Assembly (NCBI GenBank): GCA_963813535.1
Contig: CAWEZH010000002.1
Span: forward strand, 1,184,001-1,248,000
Reading direction: 5' to 3'
DNA from: an uncultured Chloroflexia bacterium
GTDB taxonomy: Bacteria > Chloroflexota > Limnocylindria > Limnocylindrales > CSP1-4
DNA length: 64,000 nt
Shown here: one piece after another, positions 18,393-28,091 of the stretch
Position numbering within the stretch: position 1 is the stretch's first letter
Layout of the letters: the number at the start of each line of letters is the position of its first letter
Position numbers and translations under genes: made by a program
Notes under the pieces: model-generated
What the model was told of the DNA's origin: nothing
Seen by the model: only the letters and a program-made list of their open reading frames with translations
Database searches by the model: none

Positions 18393-18938
18393 TCAGGTCG
18401 GCGTGCCGCTCCGCCACGGGCGCGGGTCCGTGCGCAGGAGCGAGTACATCAGCACATCAACGTTCTTGCCACGGTGGAAGAACGGCTCGCGGAGCGTCCC
18501 CTCGAGGGTGAACCCGCACTTCTCGGCGATCCGTCGGGACGCGGCGTTGTCGGGCAGGATCACCAGGTGGATCCGGTGGCGCGGCTTGGTATCGAACAAG
18601 TAGTCGACGAGGAGCCGCACCGCGTCCGTCGTGTAGCCACGACCGGCGTCGCCGGGGTCGTACAACTGGTAGGAGAGCTCATACGCGTCCCAGTACGGCA
18701 CCGCTCTGAAGAATTCGATGTGGCCGACGATCCGGTCGGAGGGGTCGAGGATGACCAGGATGCCCTCTTCCTTGCCCCAAAAACCGTCGTCCTCGAACTG
18801 CTTCCTGAACGCGGTCTCGGACATGACGTTGATCGGGAAGTAGTGCCCCCGGTTCTGGATCTCGATGTGGCGCGTGTAGAGCTCGTCGAGGTCGGCGGCG
18901 CGGACCGGTCGGAGCGTGACCTCCTTGCCGTGCAGCAC
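18393..18938 (-). CDS. GNAT acetyltransferase, RimJ/RimL family
   Basis: GRGYTTDAV and NAASRRIAEKCGFTLEGTLR motifs. Confidence 0.9.
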   Translation of the reverse strand: MLHGKEVTLRPVRAADLDELYTRHIEIQNRGHYFPINVMSETAFRKQFEDDGFWGKEEGILVILDPSDRIVGHIEFFRAVPYWDAYELSYQLYDPGDAGRGYTTDAVRLLVDYLFDTKPRHRIHLVILPDNAASRRIAEKCGFTLEGTLREPFFHRGKNVDVLMYSLLRTDPRPWRSGTPT

Positions 18939-18939
18939 G

Positions 18940-20253
18940 TCAGGCGCTCACCGGCACGCCGGTCCTGGCGACGCGCTCGACGAGTTCTGCGGCGCGGGCG
19001 GTCCCCGACGTGGACTTGATACGGGCAGACATCGCCGCGAGTCGATCCGCCAGGGCCTGATCGCCGAGGAGCTGGTCGATCGCACCGGTCAGCTGGGCGT
19101 CCTCGAAGCCGTACGTCGAGAGCCGCTTGCCGAAGCCCGTCTCGTCGACCCGTTGGGCATTGTCGACCTGATCCCAGAACAGCGGCAGGACGATCATCGG
19201 CTTGCCGTGGTGGAACGCCTCGGTGACGGTGTTGTTGCCGCCGTGCGTGATGACCAGGTCGACCATCGGCAGGATCGCGGGCTGGGGCAGGAAGCCCTCC
19301 CCGGTCTGGTTGTCACGGAGCGTGATCTGGTCGGCGAGCGGGCCCTTGGACACGATCACCCGGTGCTCGGTCGTGGCCAGCACGTCGACCAGCCGCTGCA
19401 TCAGGGACACGTCGGCCGACCCGAGCGACCCCAGGGAGAGGAAGATCAACGCTCCATCCCGCTCGGCCAGCTCCGACGGCAGCTCCCACGAGGTCTCAGC
19501 TGCCCGGACCGTGGAATCGAGCCGGTGCCAGGTCGGTCCGAGCGGTTCCGCCCGCTCGTAGTCGGCCTCGGCCGGATAGGAGTACAGGTTCAGGTACGGG
19601 GACTCGGCGATGAACTCCGGCCCGAGCGCGCCGTAGCTCAATCCGGATTCGCCATGCTCGCGGCAGAACGCATCGAAATCGGCCCACATCTCACCGAGCG
19701 TCCGGCGGACCTCGTCGAGGAAGTCCGCCCACGCGCTCTGATCGGCGACGGGATAACCGCTGCTGAACGGGGCGATCCGGGGATCCTTCATCTCCATGGG
19801 GTTGCACGACACGATGCGGACCCACGGTCGACCGCTGGCGGCGATCGCCGGGAAGGCCACGACGTTGTCCTCGACGATCACGTCGGGCGCCACCTCGTCG
19901 AAGATCTCGGCGAGTCGCGGGTCCACGTACTTCGAGCCATCGATGAGCGCCTGCCATGTCGGCGCGATGAACTCCCCGAGCTGCTCGAGGGTCGACTTGC
20001 GGAAGACCGGTGCGGTGTCGCGGATGAAGTCGATCCAGAACTGGCCCGGCACCTCGGGCTCGGCCGGCGGTGGGCCGAGCCGCATGAGCCGCTCCTCGAA
20101 GCCCTTCGCCTCGAGCGTGCCAGCGAACGACTCCTCGATGATGAACACGACGCGGTGGCCGCGCGCCCGGAGCACCTGCCCGATCCCGACGCAGTTGTTG
20201 GTCGGGCCGTAGGCGCCCTCCGGGAAGAAGACGATCGTGCGCGCGTCAGTCAC
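18940..20253 (-). CDS. GT1 (MGT/UDP-glucuronosyltransferase-like) glycosyltransferase
   Basis: SLGSLGS, FLPQPAILP.VDLVITHGGNNT and PLFWDQVDNA PSPG-like box. Confidence 0.88.
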   Translation of the reverse strand: MTDARTIVFFPEGAYGPTNNCVGIGQVLRARGHRVVFIIEESFAGTLEAKGFEERLMRLGPPPAEPEVPGQFWIDFIRDTAPVFRKSTLEQLGEFIAPTWQALIDGSKYVDPRLAEIFDEVAPDVIVEDNVVAFPAIAASGRPWVRIVSCNPMEMKDPRIAPFSSGYPVADQSAWADFLDEVRRTLGEMWADFDAFCREHGESGLSYGALGPEFIAESPYLNLYSYPAEADYERAEPLGPTWHRLDSTVRAAETSWELPSELAERDGALIFLSLGSLGSADVSLMQRLVDVLATTEHRVIVSKGPLADQITLRDNQTGEGFLPQPAILPMVDLVITHGGNNTVTEAFHHGKPMIVLPLFWDQVDNAQRVDETGFGKRLSTYGFEDAQLTGAIDQLLGDQALADRLAAMSARIKSTSGTARAAELVERVARTGVPVSA

Positions 20254-20286
20254 TCGGGGAGTCCCCTCCTGCGGTTGGCGGCCAAT

Positions 20287-21051
20287 CTACCGTCCCAGCG
20301 CGAGGGCGATGGCAAGGGTCGCGACTGCTGCCACGGCCACGACGGCGTCGACCGGCGACCAGCGCAGCTCGCGGTAATGCGTCCGTTCTCCGGATCCGAA
20401 CGCGCGGGCGTCCATCGACACGGCCATGCGATCGGCATGGCGGATGGCGAGGACCAGCAGACCGACGAACAGCCGCGGATGCCAGCCGGCCCGCAGGCCG
20501 CGGATACGACGGGCCTGGCGCAGGGTCGTGAGGTCCTCGGCGAAGCGTGGGATCGCCTGGTAGGCCGCCAGGGCACCGTAGGCGAAACGGCTCGGCACGC
20601 GTGCCTGCTGGACGAGCGAATCGGCGAGACGGGTCGGGTCGGTCGTCAGCGCGAAGACTGCGCCGACGCACGCGATCGCGGCCACCCGCAGCATGATCGA
20701 GACGCCATTGACGAACGCCTCCTCGGCGATGCGGACGGGACCGATCTGGATGAGTGTGGCCGTGGCCGGATCGCCGTTCGCGGCCGAGAACAACATGTTC
20801 GACAACCCGATGACGAGCGCCGCCAGCCAGACCGGCGCGAGGGTCCGCCCGAGTGCCAGCGGTGGGATGCCGCCGAGCGTGAGACCAGCCCCGAGCGCGA
20901 CCACCGCGAGGACGACCGGCGGCACCGGGTGGAGGGTGAACGCCAGCCCGACAAGCCAGAGCACGGCGATCGCCAGCTTCACGACGGGACTGGTCCGTCC
21001 GAGCAGGCTGTCGAGCTGGGCGTCCTCGACCACCAGGCGATCCGCGATCAT
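20287..21051 (-). CDS. ykoC: ECF transporter transmembrane component EcfT (YkoC-like)
   Basis: QARRIRG and MDARAF conserved Arg motifs; multiple TM segments. Confidence 0.85.
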   Translation of the reverse strand: MIADRLVVEDAQLDSLLGRTSPVVKLAIAVLWLVGLAFTLHPVPPVVLAVVALGAGLTLGGIPPLALGRTLAPVWLAALVIGLSNMLFSAANGDPATATLIQIGPVRIAEEAFVNGVSIMLRVAAIACVGAVFALTTDPTRLADSLVQQARVPSRFAYGALAAYQAIPRFAEDLTTLRQARRIRGLRAGWHPRLFVGLLVLAIRHADRMAVSMDARAFGSGERTHYRELRWSPVDAVVAVAAVATLAIALALGR

Positions 21052-22514
21052 GCGACGTCCCCGCCTGCCGCCGGCCCGTCGCGGATGATCCAGCCGGTAT
21101 CCATCTCCACGATCCTGGTCGCGACGTCGCGGACGAACCGCTCGTCGTGGGTGGCCGCGATCAGCGAGGCGCCGGCGTCGAGGTGCTCGTCGAGGATGCC
21201 AAGCAGGCCCTCGTAGCCCAGGCGGTCCTGTCCGAACGTGGGCTCGTCCAGGACCAGCACATCGGGACGCCGGATCAGGATGCATGCGAGGGACAATCGC
21301 CGCTGCTCACCGCCGGACAACCGATACGGGCTGCGCCCCTCGAACCGATCGAGCGGCAGGCCGAGCCGGGTCATCAGGTCGTCGACGCGACCGCGTTCCT
21401 CGTCGGTCAGCCCCAGCCGGACCTCGTCGCCGACCGTCTGGGCGAGGAACTGGCGTTCCGGTTCCTGGAAGACATAGCCCGCGTGCCGGGCGAGGGTCGC
21501 CGCCGGCATCTCCGCCGGGTCCTCGCCGCGCAGGTCGACCGTCCCGTGGTCGGGTCGCAGCAAGCCGACCAGGAGGCGCCCGAAGGTCGACTTCCCTGCC
21601 CCATTCGGCCCGACGATCGCGATCCGTTCGCCGGCCGAAGCGTCGAAGGTGATATCGCGGACCGCGGGGTCGCCGCGGTCATATCCGAATCGGAGGCCCC
21701 GCGTTCGGACCAGGACGTCACCGACAGACGCTGGGGGTCGCGCCGGCCGCACCGCATCCTCGCCCGGCAGCCAGATGCCCGCCGCCCGCATCGCGTCGCC
21801 GGATCTCGCCAGCACCTTGACCGGCGATCCGACGTCGATCGGTCGGCCGTCCGGACCGAGTGCGAGGACGACGTCGGCCAGCGGCCATGCCACATCGACC
21901 TGGTGCTCGATCAGCACCATGGTCGCACCTCGCGCGGCGCGGATGACGTCGAGCGTCGCCACGAGCGCCGAGGCGCCGGTGGTGTCGAGGCTGGCGGTCG
22001 GCTCGTCCAGGACGAGCAGCCCGGGCCGCGGCGCGAGGGCACCGGCCAGGGCAAGGCGCTGTTGCTGGCCACCCGATAGCTGGCGAGTGCGGAGTCGCTC
22101 GGTACCGGCAAGACCGACCTCGGCGAGTGCCTGGGGTACGCGCGAGTGCATCGCCTCGCGCTGCCAGCCCCGGTTCTCCAGGCCGAACGCGACGTCGTCC
22201 TCGACCCGATCCATCACGAGCTGCGTGGACGGGTCCTGGAGAACGAGGCCGACCTTGGCGGCGACGCCGACAGGCCCGAGGGCGAGGGCATCCTCGTCGT
22301 CGAGGTGCAGCGTCCCGCCGACGGTCGCAGGGATCTGGCCGGGGATCAGCCCGGCGATCGCCAGCGCGAGCGTGCTCTTGCCGGACCCCGAGGGCCCGAC
22401 GATGAGGAGGACGGACCCCGGCTCGAGGTCGAGGTCGACACCGGCCAACGCCGGACCGTCGGCCCCGGGATAGGTGACCGTGAGGTCCCTGGTGCGGAGT
22501 GCCGTCGGCGTCAG
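21048..22514 (-). CDS. ykoD: ECF transporter dual-ATPase (YkoD-like), probable CTG start
   Basis: two Walker A motifs (GPSGSGKS, GPNGAGKS) and two LSGG signatures; no ATG/GTG/TTG between the ykoE stop and the first Walker A. Confidence 0.88.
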   Translation of the reverse strand: MTPTALRTRDLTVTYPGADGPALAGVDLDLEPGSVLLIVGPSGSGKSTLALAIAGLIPGQIPATVGGTLHLDDEDALALGPVGVAAKVGLVLQDPSTQLVMDRVEDDVAFGLENRGWQREAMHSRVPQALAEVGLAGTERLRTRQLSGGQQQRLALAGALAPRPGLLVLDEPTASLDTTGASALVATLDVIRAARGATMVLIEHQVDVAWPLADVVLALGPDGRPIDVGSPVKVLARSGDAMRAAGIWLPGEDAVRPARPPASVGDVLVRTRGLRFGYDRGDPAVRDITFDASAGERIAIVGPNGAGKSTFGRLLVGLLRPDHGTVDLRGEDPAEMPAATLARHAGYVFQEPERQFLAQTVGDEVRLGLTDEERGRVDDLMTRLGLPLDRFEGRSPYRLSGGEQRRLSLACILIRRPDVLVLDEPTFGQDRLGYEGLLGILDEHLDAGASLIAATHDERFVRDVATRIVEMDTGWIIRDGPAAGGDVA

Positions 22515-23104
22515 TCGGGGAATCCTTCGAGGACGCCGGCCTGCTTGAGCGCGCGATGCAGGGCGATCGATCCGCCGGCGACGATCACGACCGCCGAGAT
22601 CGCCATGAAGATGCCACGCACCAGTTGGACGACCAGGTCGACGTCTGCGTAGTAGAGCGCCCAATCGTGGATCCATGCCGCCGCGGCACTCGCCACGGCC
22701 GCAGTGGCGATCACCGGATACGTCCACGACCGGTAGAGCGTGAACGCGAAGACGAGCTCCGCGGCGGCGCCCTGGACGAAGCCTGACAGCAGGGTGTCGA
22801 CGCCCCATGGACCGCCGAGGAACGCCGCCACGCCGGCCGCCACCATCTCGGCGAAGAGCGCTGCACCGGGCTTGCGGATCACGAGCGGCGCCAGGACGGC
22901 TGGGACGAGCCAGACCGCGTAGAACAGGTCGCGCACCGGCAGGGCGACCGCCGAGAGCGCGCCGAGCGGACCGAACCAGATCAGCGTCCAGATCCAGAAC
23001 ACGACACCGAAGGCCACGCCGATCACCGCTGCGACGACGATGTCGCGCGTGCGCCAGCGCGTGTCGGGAATCTCGGTCGGCGTCGCCGCCCCGATCGTCG
23101 TCAT
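22511..23104 (-). CDS. ykoE: ECF transporter S component (YkoE, thiamine/HMP-related)
   Basis: WRTRDIVVAAVIGVAFG, IRKPGAALFAE and GFVQG.AAE; located under a TPP riboswitch. Confidence 0.88.
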   Translation of the reverse strand: MTTIGAATPTEIPDTRWRTRDIVVAAVIGVAFGVVFWIWTLIWFGPLGALSAVALPVRDLFYAVWLVPAVLAPLVIRKPGAALFAEMVAAGVAAFLGGPWGVDTLLSGFVQGAAAELVFAFTLYRSWTYPVIATAAVASAAAAWIHDWALYYADVDLVVQLVRGIFMAISAVVIVAGGSIALHRALKQAGVLEGFPD

Positions 23105-23179
23105 GATCCGAACCTCCTCGGCCGATAACACAGAGACCGCCGTCACCGGGCTCCGGAACGTGCGTTTCTGGGATCGATG

Positions 23180-23280
23180 CTGGCCTGCTTCCTTCGCCGG
23201 TACGAGCCGGATCAGGTTCGGCGGGTCTGTGGCCTTCGCCACACTCTCAGCGCTCGAGGCGCTCCCCGGAGGCGGTGTTC
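23180..23280 (-). ncRNA. TPP riboswitch
   Basis: minus strand GCCTCCGGGG...GCTGAGA...GACCCGCCGAACCTGATCCGGCTCGTACCGGCGAAGGAAGC matches the TPP aptamer consensus; TAGGCT -10 at 23298-23293. Confidence 0.95.
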
Positions 23281-24110
23281 GGTTGTGCGCGAAGCCTAGC
23301 ACGCTGCCTGACCCACGCCACCACGTCGTCGAGGACCTGCGGCCCATCGGGCTCGTTGTGAAGCTCGTGCCGTAGGCCCGGGTAGGTCCGTCGCTCGACG
23401 TCGGGGGCACCCTCGAACACCTCGGAGCTCGCGGGCGGCACGAGCCCGTCGTCGAGACCGTGCATGACTAGGGTCGGCCCGCCGATCCGCCGGGCGCCGG
23501 CACGCACCCGCGCCTGCTCGTGGAGCGCCTCCGCGGCGAACCGGGCGGTGCTGGTGCGGCAGTTGAGCGGGTCCACCGCCAGCCGCCGGCCGACCTCGGG
23601 GTCGCGCGACAGCGTCTCCGGCGGGACGCCGTTGGGCACGGACAACGTCGGCACGATCCTGCCGACCAGTGGGGCGAGGGCCTTCTTCCAGGTAGCCAGC
23701 GTCGAGTCGAGTCCCGGTGCCGACAGGACGGTCACATCCGGCCGGGGCCGGTCCGAGAGCAGGTAGCCCGCACCGATCAGACCGCCCATCGAGTGCGCGT
23801 AGACGATCACCGGGCGACCGGCGGCTGTCTGGCGCACGGCAGCCAAGCGCTCCTCGAGGTCGTCGTGGTAGCGGCTCCACCGATCGATGTCCCCACGCCG
23901 GCCGTCGCTCGCGCCGTTGCCACGGTGGTCGTAGGCATGGGCGTCGATGCCCGCCGCGGCGAAATGGTCTCCGACGTGCTCGTAGCGGCCCGAGTGCTCG
24001 CCGAGGCCATGGACGATCAGGATCGACGCCCATGGATCGGAGGCCGGCCAGTGTCGGGTGAACAGCTCGATGCCGTCGGAGGTGACGGCTCGGCCGGTGA
24101 CGGAGGGCAT
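23247..24110 (-). CDS. alpha/beta hydrolase (lysophospholipase/monoglyceride lipase family)
   Basis: HGLGEHSGRY, DHRGNG, AHSMGG and RHELHNEP motifs. Confidence 0.9.
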   Translation of the reverse strand: MPSVTGRAVTSDGIELFTRHWPASDPWASILIVHGLGEHSGRYEHVGDHFAAAGIDAHAYDHRGNGASDGRRGDIDRWSRYHDDLEERLAAVRQTAAGRPVIVYAHSMGGLIGAGYLLSDRPRPDVTVLSAPGLDSTLATWKKALAPLVGRIVPTLSVPNGVPPETLSRDPEVGRRLAVDPLNCRTSTARFAAEALHEQARVRAGARRIGGPTLVMHGLDDGLVPPASSEVFEGAPDVERRTYPGLRHELHNEPDGPQVLDDVVAWVRQRARLRAQPNTASGERLER

Positions 24111-24133
24111 GACGCGGCTAGGATGCATCAGGC

Positions 24134-24985
24134 ATGGGTGTGTCGGACGGGTGGGTCGAGATCGGCGATCGCGTCTTCGTACGGCGCTATGCCTTCTTTG
24201 ACCAGAACATCGGCCTCGTGCTCGGTCGGGCCGAAGCGCTCGTCATCGACACCCGGTCGACGTACGCGCAGGCGCGCGAGATCCAGGAGCACGTCCGCGA
24301 GCTGACCGACTCACCGATCGGCGTCGTCATCGACACGCACGGCCACTTCGACCACGCCTTCGGGAACGCCATCTTCCGACCGGCGACGATCTGGGGTCAC
24401 GAGCGTTGTGTCACGTTCATGGTCCGGACCGGCGAGGCGCGCAAGCGGACCATCGCGGTCGAGGAGCCGGGCCTTGCCGACGACCTCGCGGAGATCGTCA
24501 TCGATCCGCCGGACCGCGTCTTCGCCACCCATGCGCGCGTCGAGGTCGGCGGGCGAGAGGTCGTGCTGCGCTACCTGGGCCGCGGCCACACCGACCACGA
24601 CGTCGTCATCGAGGTTCCCGAGACGAACGTCGTCTTCGCCGGCGACCTCCTCGAGAACGGCAATGTCCCGTTCTTCGGCGATGCGTACCCGCTCGAGTGG
24701 CCCGACACGGTCTCGGCGCTCGCGGTCCGCGTGGCCAAGGATGGCGGGGTGGCGGTGCCCGGCCACGGCGACCATGGCGGTCGGGCGTTCGTCGATGCCC
24801 ACGTGGCGTCGCTGACGACCCTCGCCGAGCTCGCACAGCGCGTCGAAGGGGGCGAACTCACGCTCGAAGAAGCCCTCGCCGCCCATCCCTTCCCGGAGCA
24901 TCCGCCGGACGATGCGCGGCGCGGGTTCGAGCGAGCGCTGATGCAGGTCCGCGGCGAGCTCGACCGGCGCGAGGCCGCCTCGTGA
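24134..24985 (+). CDS. MBL-fold metallo-hydrolase (cyclase-like)
   Basis: THGHFDHAFGN, GHTDHD, FAGDL and VPGHG motifs. Confidence 0.9.
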   Translation: MGVSDGWVEIGDRVFVRRYAFFDQNIGLVLGRAEALVIDTRSTYAQAREIQEHVRELTDSPIGVVIDTHGHFDHAFGNAIFRPATIWGHERCVTFMVRTGEARKRTIAVEEPGLADDLAEIVIDPPDRVFATHARVEVGGREVVLRYLGRGHTDHDVVIEVPETNVVFAGDLLENGNVPFFGDAYPLEWPDTVSALAVRVAKDGGVAVPGHGDHGGRAFVDAHVASLTTLAELAQRVEGGELTLEEALAAHPFPEHPPDDARRGFERALMQVRGELDRREAAS

Positions 24986-26187
24986 CGGAGGTCCTCTGGA
25001 ACGGGAGGATCTTCGACCCCGAGACCGGCGAGGCTGCGGAGCAGCGAGTGATCACGTTCGATGGGGACGCGATCGTGTCGATCGACGACGCGGTCGGCGA
25101 TCCGCCCGAGGGCGCACACGACCTCGACGGAGCGACCGTCCTGCCCGGCCTGATCGACGCCCACATGCACGTTCTGTCCGACACGTCGCGGAGCCCTGGC
25201 TTCGGACCGCCACCTGTCATGCCCGGGGAGCCGCCGCGACCGCCGAGCCTCGCCCACTACATCCTGGCAGCGACCGCGGACCGCGTCCTACGCTCGGGCT
25301 TCACGACGGTCCGTGACGTCGGTGCCTACGACGACGAGGTGCTGGCGCTTCGGGTGGCCATCGACACCGGCCTGGTCTCCGGCCCGCGGGTCTACACCTG
25401 CGGGCGGATCATCTCGGCCACCGGGCCCGGCGGTGAGATCTTCGGCTCGATGTACCGCGAGGCCGACGGCCCATGGGACATGCGCAAGGCGGTCCGCGAG
25501 CAGCTGCGGCGTGGGGCGGAGTTCATCAAGTTCATGGCCACCGGCGCGAGGTCCGTGGTGCTCGAGGATCCCGAGCCACCGCAGATGACGCTCGAGGAGA
25601 TGCGGGCGATCGTCGACGAGGCGCATCGGATGGGCAAACGGGTGTCCGCCCACGCCGAGGGCCTCGAGGGGACGCGACTGGCGCTCGAGGCCGGCGCGGA
25701 TACGATCGAGCACGGCCTCGCGCTCCACCGCGAGCCCCGGCTGCTCGACGAGATGGCCGAGCGCGGCACGGTCCTCGTGCCGACGTTGTCGACCTTCCAC
25801 GACCTGGCCGATCGATTCGCCAACATCTTCCCGCTCGTCCTGGTCGAGCAGGCCCGGCGCCAACTGGAGGAGGCGATGCGCACGGTCGAGACAGCCAGGC
25901 GTGCGGGCGTGACGATGGCGCTCGGCTACGACAGCGGGCCGCCGGGCACCTCGGCCTCGGAACTGCTCCGCCTGATCGAGGCAGGGATGACCACCGCCGA
26001 GGGTCTGCGGGCAGCAACGCTCGGGGGCGCGGCAGCGCTCGGCCGGGACGATCTCGGGCGGATCGGCGTCGGCTGCCGCGCCGACGTGGTCGTGGTGGAC
26101 GGCCGGCCGGACGAGGAACCGGCAGTCCTCACCCGGCCAGAGGCCATCCGGCTGGTGGTCGCTCGCGGGAGGGTGTTCGCGAGCTAG
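24982..26187 (+). CDS. amidohydrolase family protein (prolidase-like)
   Basis: PGLIDAHMH, GFTTVRDVG, IKFMATG, AHA, IEHG and ALGYD; GTGA overlap. Confidence 0.9.
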   Translation: MTEVLWNGRIFDPETGEAAEQRVITFDGDAIVSIDDAVGDPPEGAHDLDGATVLPGLIDAHMHVLSDTSRSPGFGPPPVMPGEPPRPPSLAHYILAATADRVLRSGFTTVRDVGAYDDEVLALRVAIDTGLVSGPRVYTCGRIISATGPGGEIFGSMYREADGPWDMRKAVREQLRRGAEFIKFMATGARSVVLEDPEPPQMTLEEMRAIVDEAHRMGKRVSAHAEGLEGTRLALEAGADTIEHGLALHREPRLLDEMAERGTVLVPTLSTFHDLADRFANIFPLVLVEQARRQLEEAMRTVETARRAGVTMALGYDSGPPGTSASELLRLIEAGMTTAEGLRAATLGGAAALGRDDLGRIGVGCRADVVVVDGRPDEEPAVLTRPEAIRLVVARGRVFAS

Positions 26188-26387
26188 TCCTCGAGGACGA
26201 ACGTCACGAGCATGTTCACCCGGTAGGCGATGATCCGGCCGTCCTCGATATCGACCTGTTGCTCCTTGATCCACGCCGACCTGACGTTGCGAAGGGTCTT
26301 GTTCGCGCGGTCGATGCCTTCGTTGATCGCGGCCTCGAAGCTCTGGCTCGAGCGGGAACTGATCTCGGTCACGCGTGCGACGGACAT
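26184..26387 (-). CDS. dodecin family protein
   Basis: SVARVTEISSRS.QSFEAAI.EGI.RANKTLRNV.SAWIKE; AGGAGG SD. Confidence 0.92.
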   Translation of the reverse strand: MSVARVTEISSRSSQSFEAAINEGIDRANKTLRNVRSAWIKEQQVDIEDGRIIAYRVNMLVTFVLED

Positions 26388-26423
26388 GTCGTCACCTCCT
26401 AGGTCTTGGGGGACGACGAAACC

Positions 26424-27443
26424 TTACCCCGCGCCCACCCGGACCACCCAGCGGCCGCGGGCGGCGCCCTCGAGGATGCCGTCGAGGGCGGGCTCCAGCG
26501 TGTCGAGCGTGACCTCGGTGATGCCATCACCCAGGGTCCGTGGCCGGAGGTCGTCCGCAAGACGCGCCCACACCTCGCGCCGGCGCTCGATCGGCATCTG
26601 GGCCGAGTCCATGCCGAGCAGCGCGACGCCGCGCAGGATGAACGGGAACACCGTCGTGTCGAGCTTCGGACCGCTGGCGTTGCCACTCGATGCGACCGCT
26701 GCGCCACTGCGCAAGGTCCGCAGAACGTACGGCAGCGTGGCCGCCCCGACCGGGTCGACCGCACCGGCCCATCGCTCGGAGTCGAGCGGTTTGCCCTCGG
26801 CGGTCACCTCGTCCCGCTCGAGGATGCCGGTGGCCCCGAGACCGCGGAGGCGATCCGCCTCATCGGCCTTGCCCGTCGCGGCCCACACCTCGTGGCCGCG
26901 CTGGGCCAGGATCGCCACGGCCGTGCTGCCCACGCCGCCGCTGGCGCCGGTCACCAGCACCGGGCCGTCGCCCGGCCGCAGTCCGTGTTCCTCGAGCGCC
27001 ACGACCGACATGGCGGCCGTGAACCCGGCCGTACCGATCGCCATCGCGTCACGCGTCGACAGGCGCTCATCGAGCGGCACGACCCAGCCGGCCGGCACGC
27101 GCTCGTATTCGGCGTACCCGCCGTGCCGGGCGACGCCCAGGTCGTACCCGTGCGCCACCACCTTCGATCCGGTGACGATCGATGGATCCGTGCTCGAGAT
27201 GACCTCGCCAGCCAGGTCGATCCCGGGGATGAGCGGATTGATGCGGGCGACCCTGCCGTCGATGCGCGTCGCGAGGCCGTCCTTGAAATTGACGCTCGAC
27301 CAGTCCACCCGGATCTCGACGTCGCCTTCTGGAAGGTCGCTCGACGCGACGTCGCGGACCCCGCGCTGGATACGCGGCACGCCATCGGGTCCGTCGACCT
27401 TCTCCGCAACGTATCCCCGGAAGGATGGCGGGATCGAGCTCAT
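26424..27443 (-). CDS. acuI: acryloyl-CoA reductase / YhdH-type MDR oxidoreductase
   Basis: SSVNFKDGLA, IGTAGFTAA, TGASGGVGS and VFPFILRGV.LLG.DS motifs. Confidence 0.88.
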   Translation of the reverse strand: MSSIPPSFRGYVAEKVDGPDGVPRIQRGVRDVASSDLPEGDVEIRVDWSSVNFKDGLATRIDGRVARINPLIPGIDLAGEVISSTDPSIVTGSKVVAHGYDLGVARHGGYAEYERVPAGWVVPLDERLSTRDAMAIGTAGFTAAMSVVALEEHGLRPGDGPVLVTGASGGVGSTAVAILAQRGHEVWAATGKADEADRLRGLGATGILERDEVTAEGKPLDSERWAGAVDPVGAATLPYVLRTLRSGAAVASSGNASGPKLDTTVFPFILRGVALLGMDSAQMPIERRREVWARLADDLRPRTLGDGITEVTLDTLEPALDGILEGAARGRWVVRVGAG

Positions 27444-27511
27444 GCCGACAGCGTAGCGTCGGGCTCGGAGGTGAGCCCGGTCGTCGCGGATCGCGCCCCG
27501 ACGCGACGCCC

Positions 27512-27985
27512 TCAGCGTTTGAACAGTTCGTGGTACCGCGAGCGGAAGACCTCCACCTCGTGGCTCACCGCACGCCATTCCGCCGTCCCCTCGGGGATCT
27601 CCACGAGCTTGCGTTCCGCGGCGCGCCAATGGGCGAGCGCCTGGCCGGCGGTGTGCATGACCGGCGGCGCGTCCGTGTCGGCGTCGACCTTCTCCATGAT
27701 CGCCATGAACCGCCCGTCCTCGATCGGCGTGATCCCGAATCTCACGCGAAGCGCCGACCCGTCGAGGAGCCGGATCGTGGCCTCGCCGCCGATGTCGGGC
27801 TCGCCCTGAACTTCCCATGCCTCGCGGAATGCCTTGCTCGCCTCGGGATCGGGGGGCTCCGGTGAGAACGCGCCCGCCGGCAGGGCGCGGATCTCGTCGA
27901 GGGAGACACGCAGGAGTTCCAGGGCCGCCGGGTTCGCATCGGCGGTCGTGCCGTCGGGGTTGATGATGAGCGTCGGCAGCGTCAT
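27512..27985 (-). CDS. PAS-domain protein with a C-terminal helical module
   Basis: IINPDG...DANPAALELL...IRLLDG PAS-like pattern; tail LAHWRAAERKL. Confidence 0.7.
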   Translation of the reverse strand: MTLPTLIINPDGTTADANPAALELLRVSLDEIRALPAGAFSPEPPDPEASKAFREAWEVQGEPDIGGEATIRLLDGSALRVRFGITPIEDGRFMAIMEKVDADTDAPPVMHTAGQALAHWRAAERKLVEIPEGTAEWRAVSHEVEVFRSRYHELFKR

Positions 27986-28091
27986 GTGGTCGGCTCGAGC
28001 ACAGCGATCGTTGACGGGAGCGGCCGGGTGAGCCCGGGCGGCGACCATCGGCCCGACGGCCGGGGTCGTCGTTCGGGTGGGTCGCTTCGGG

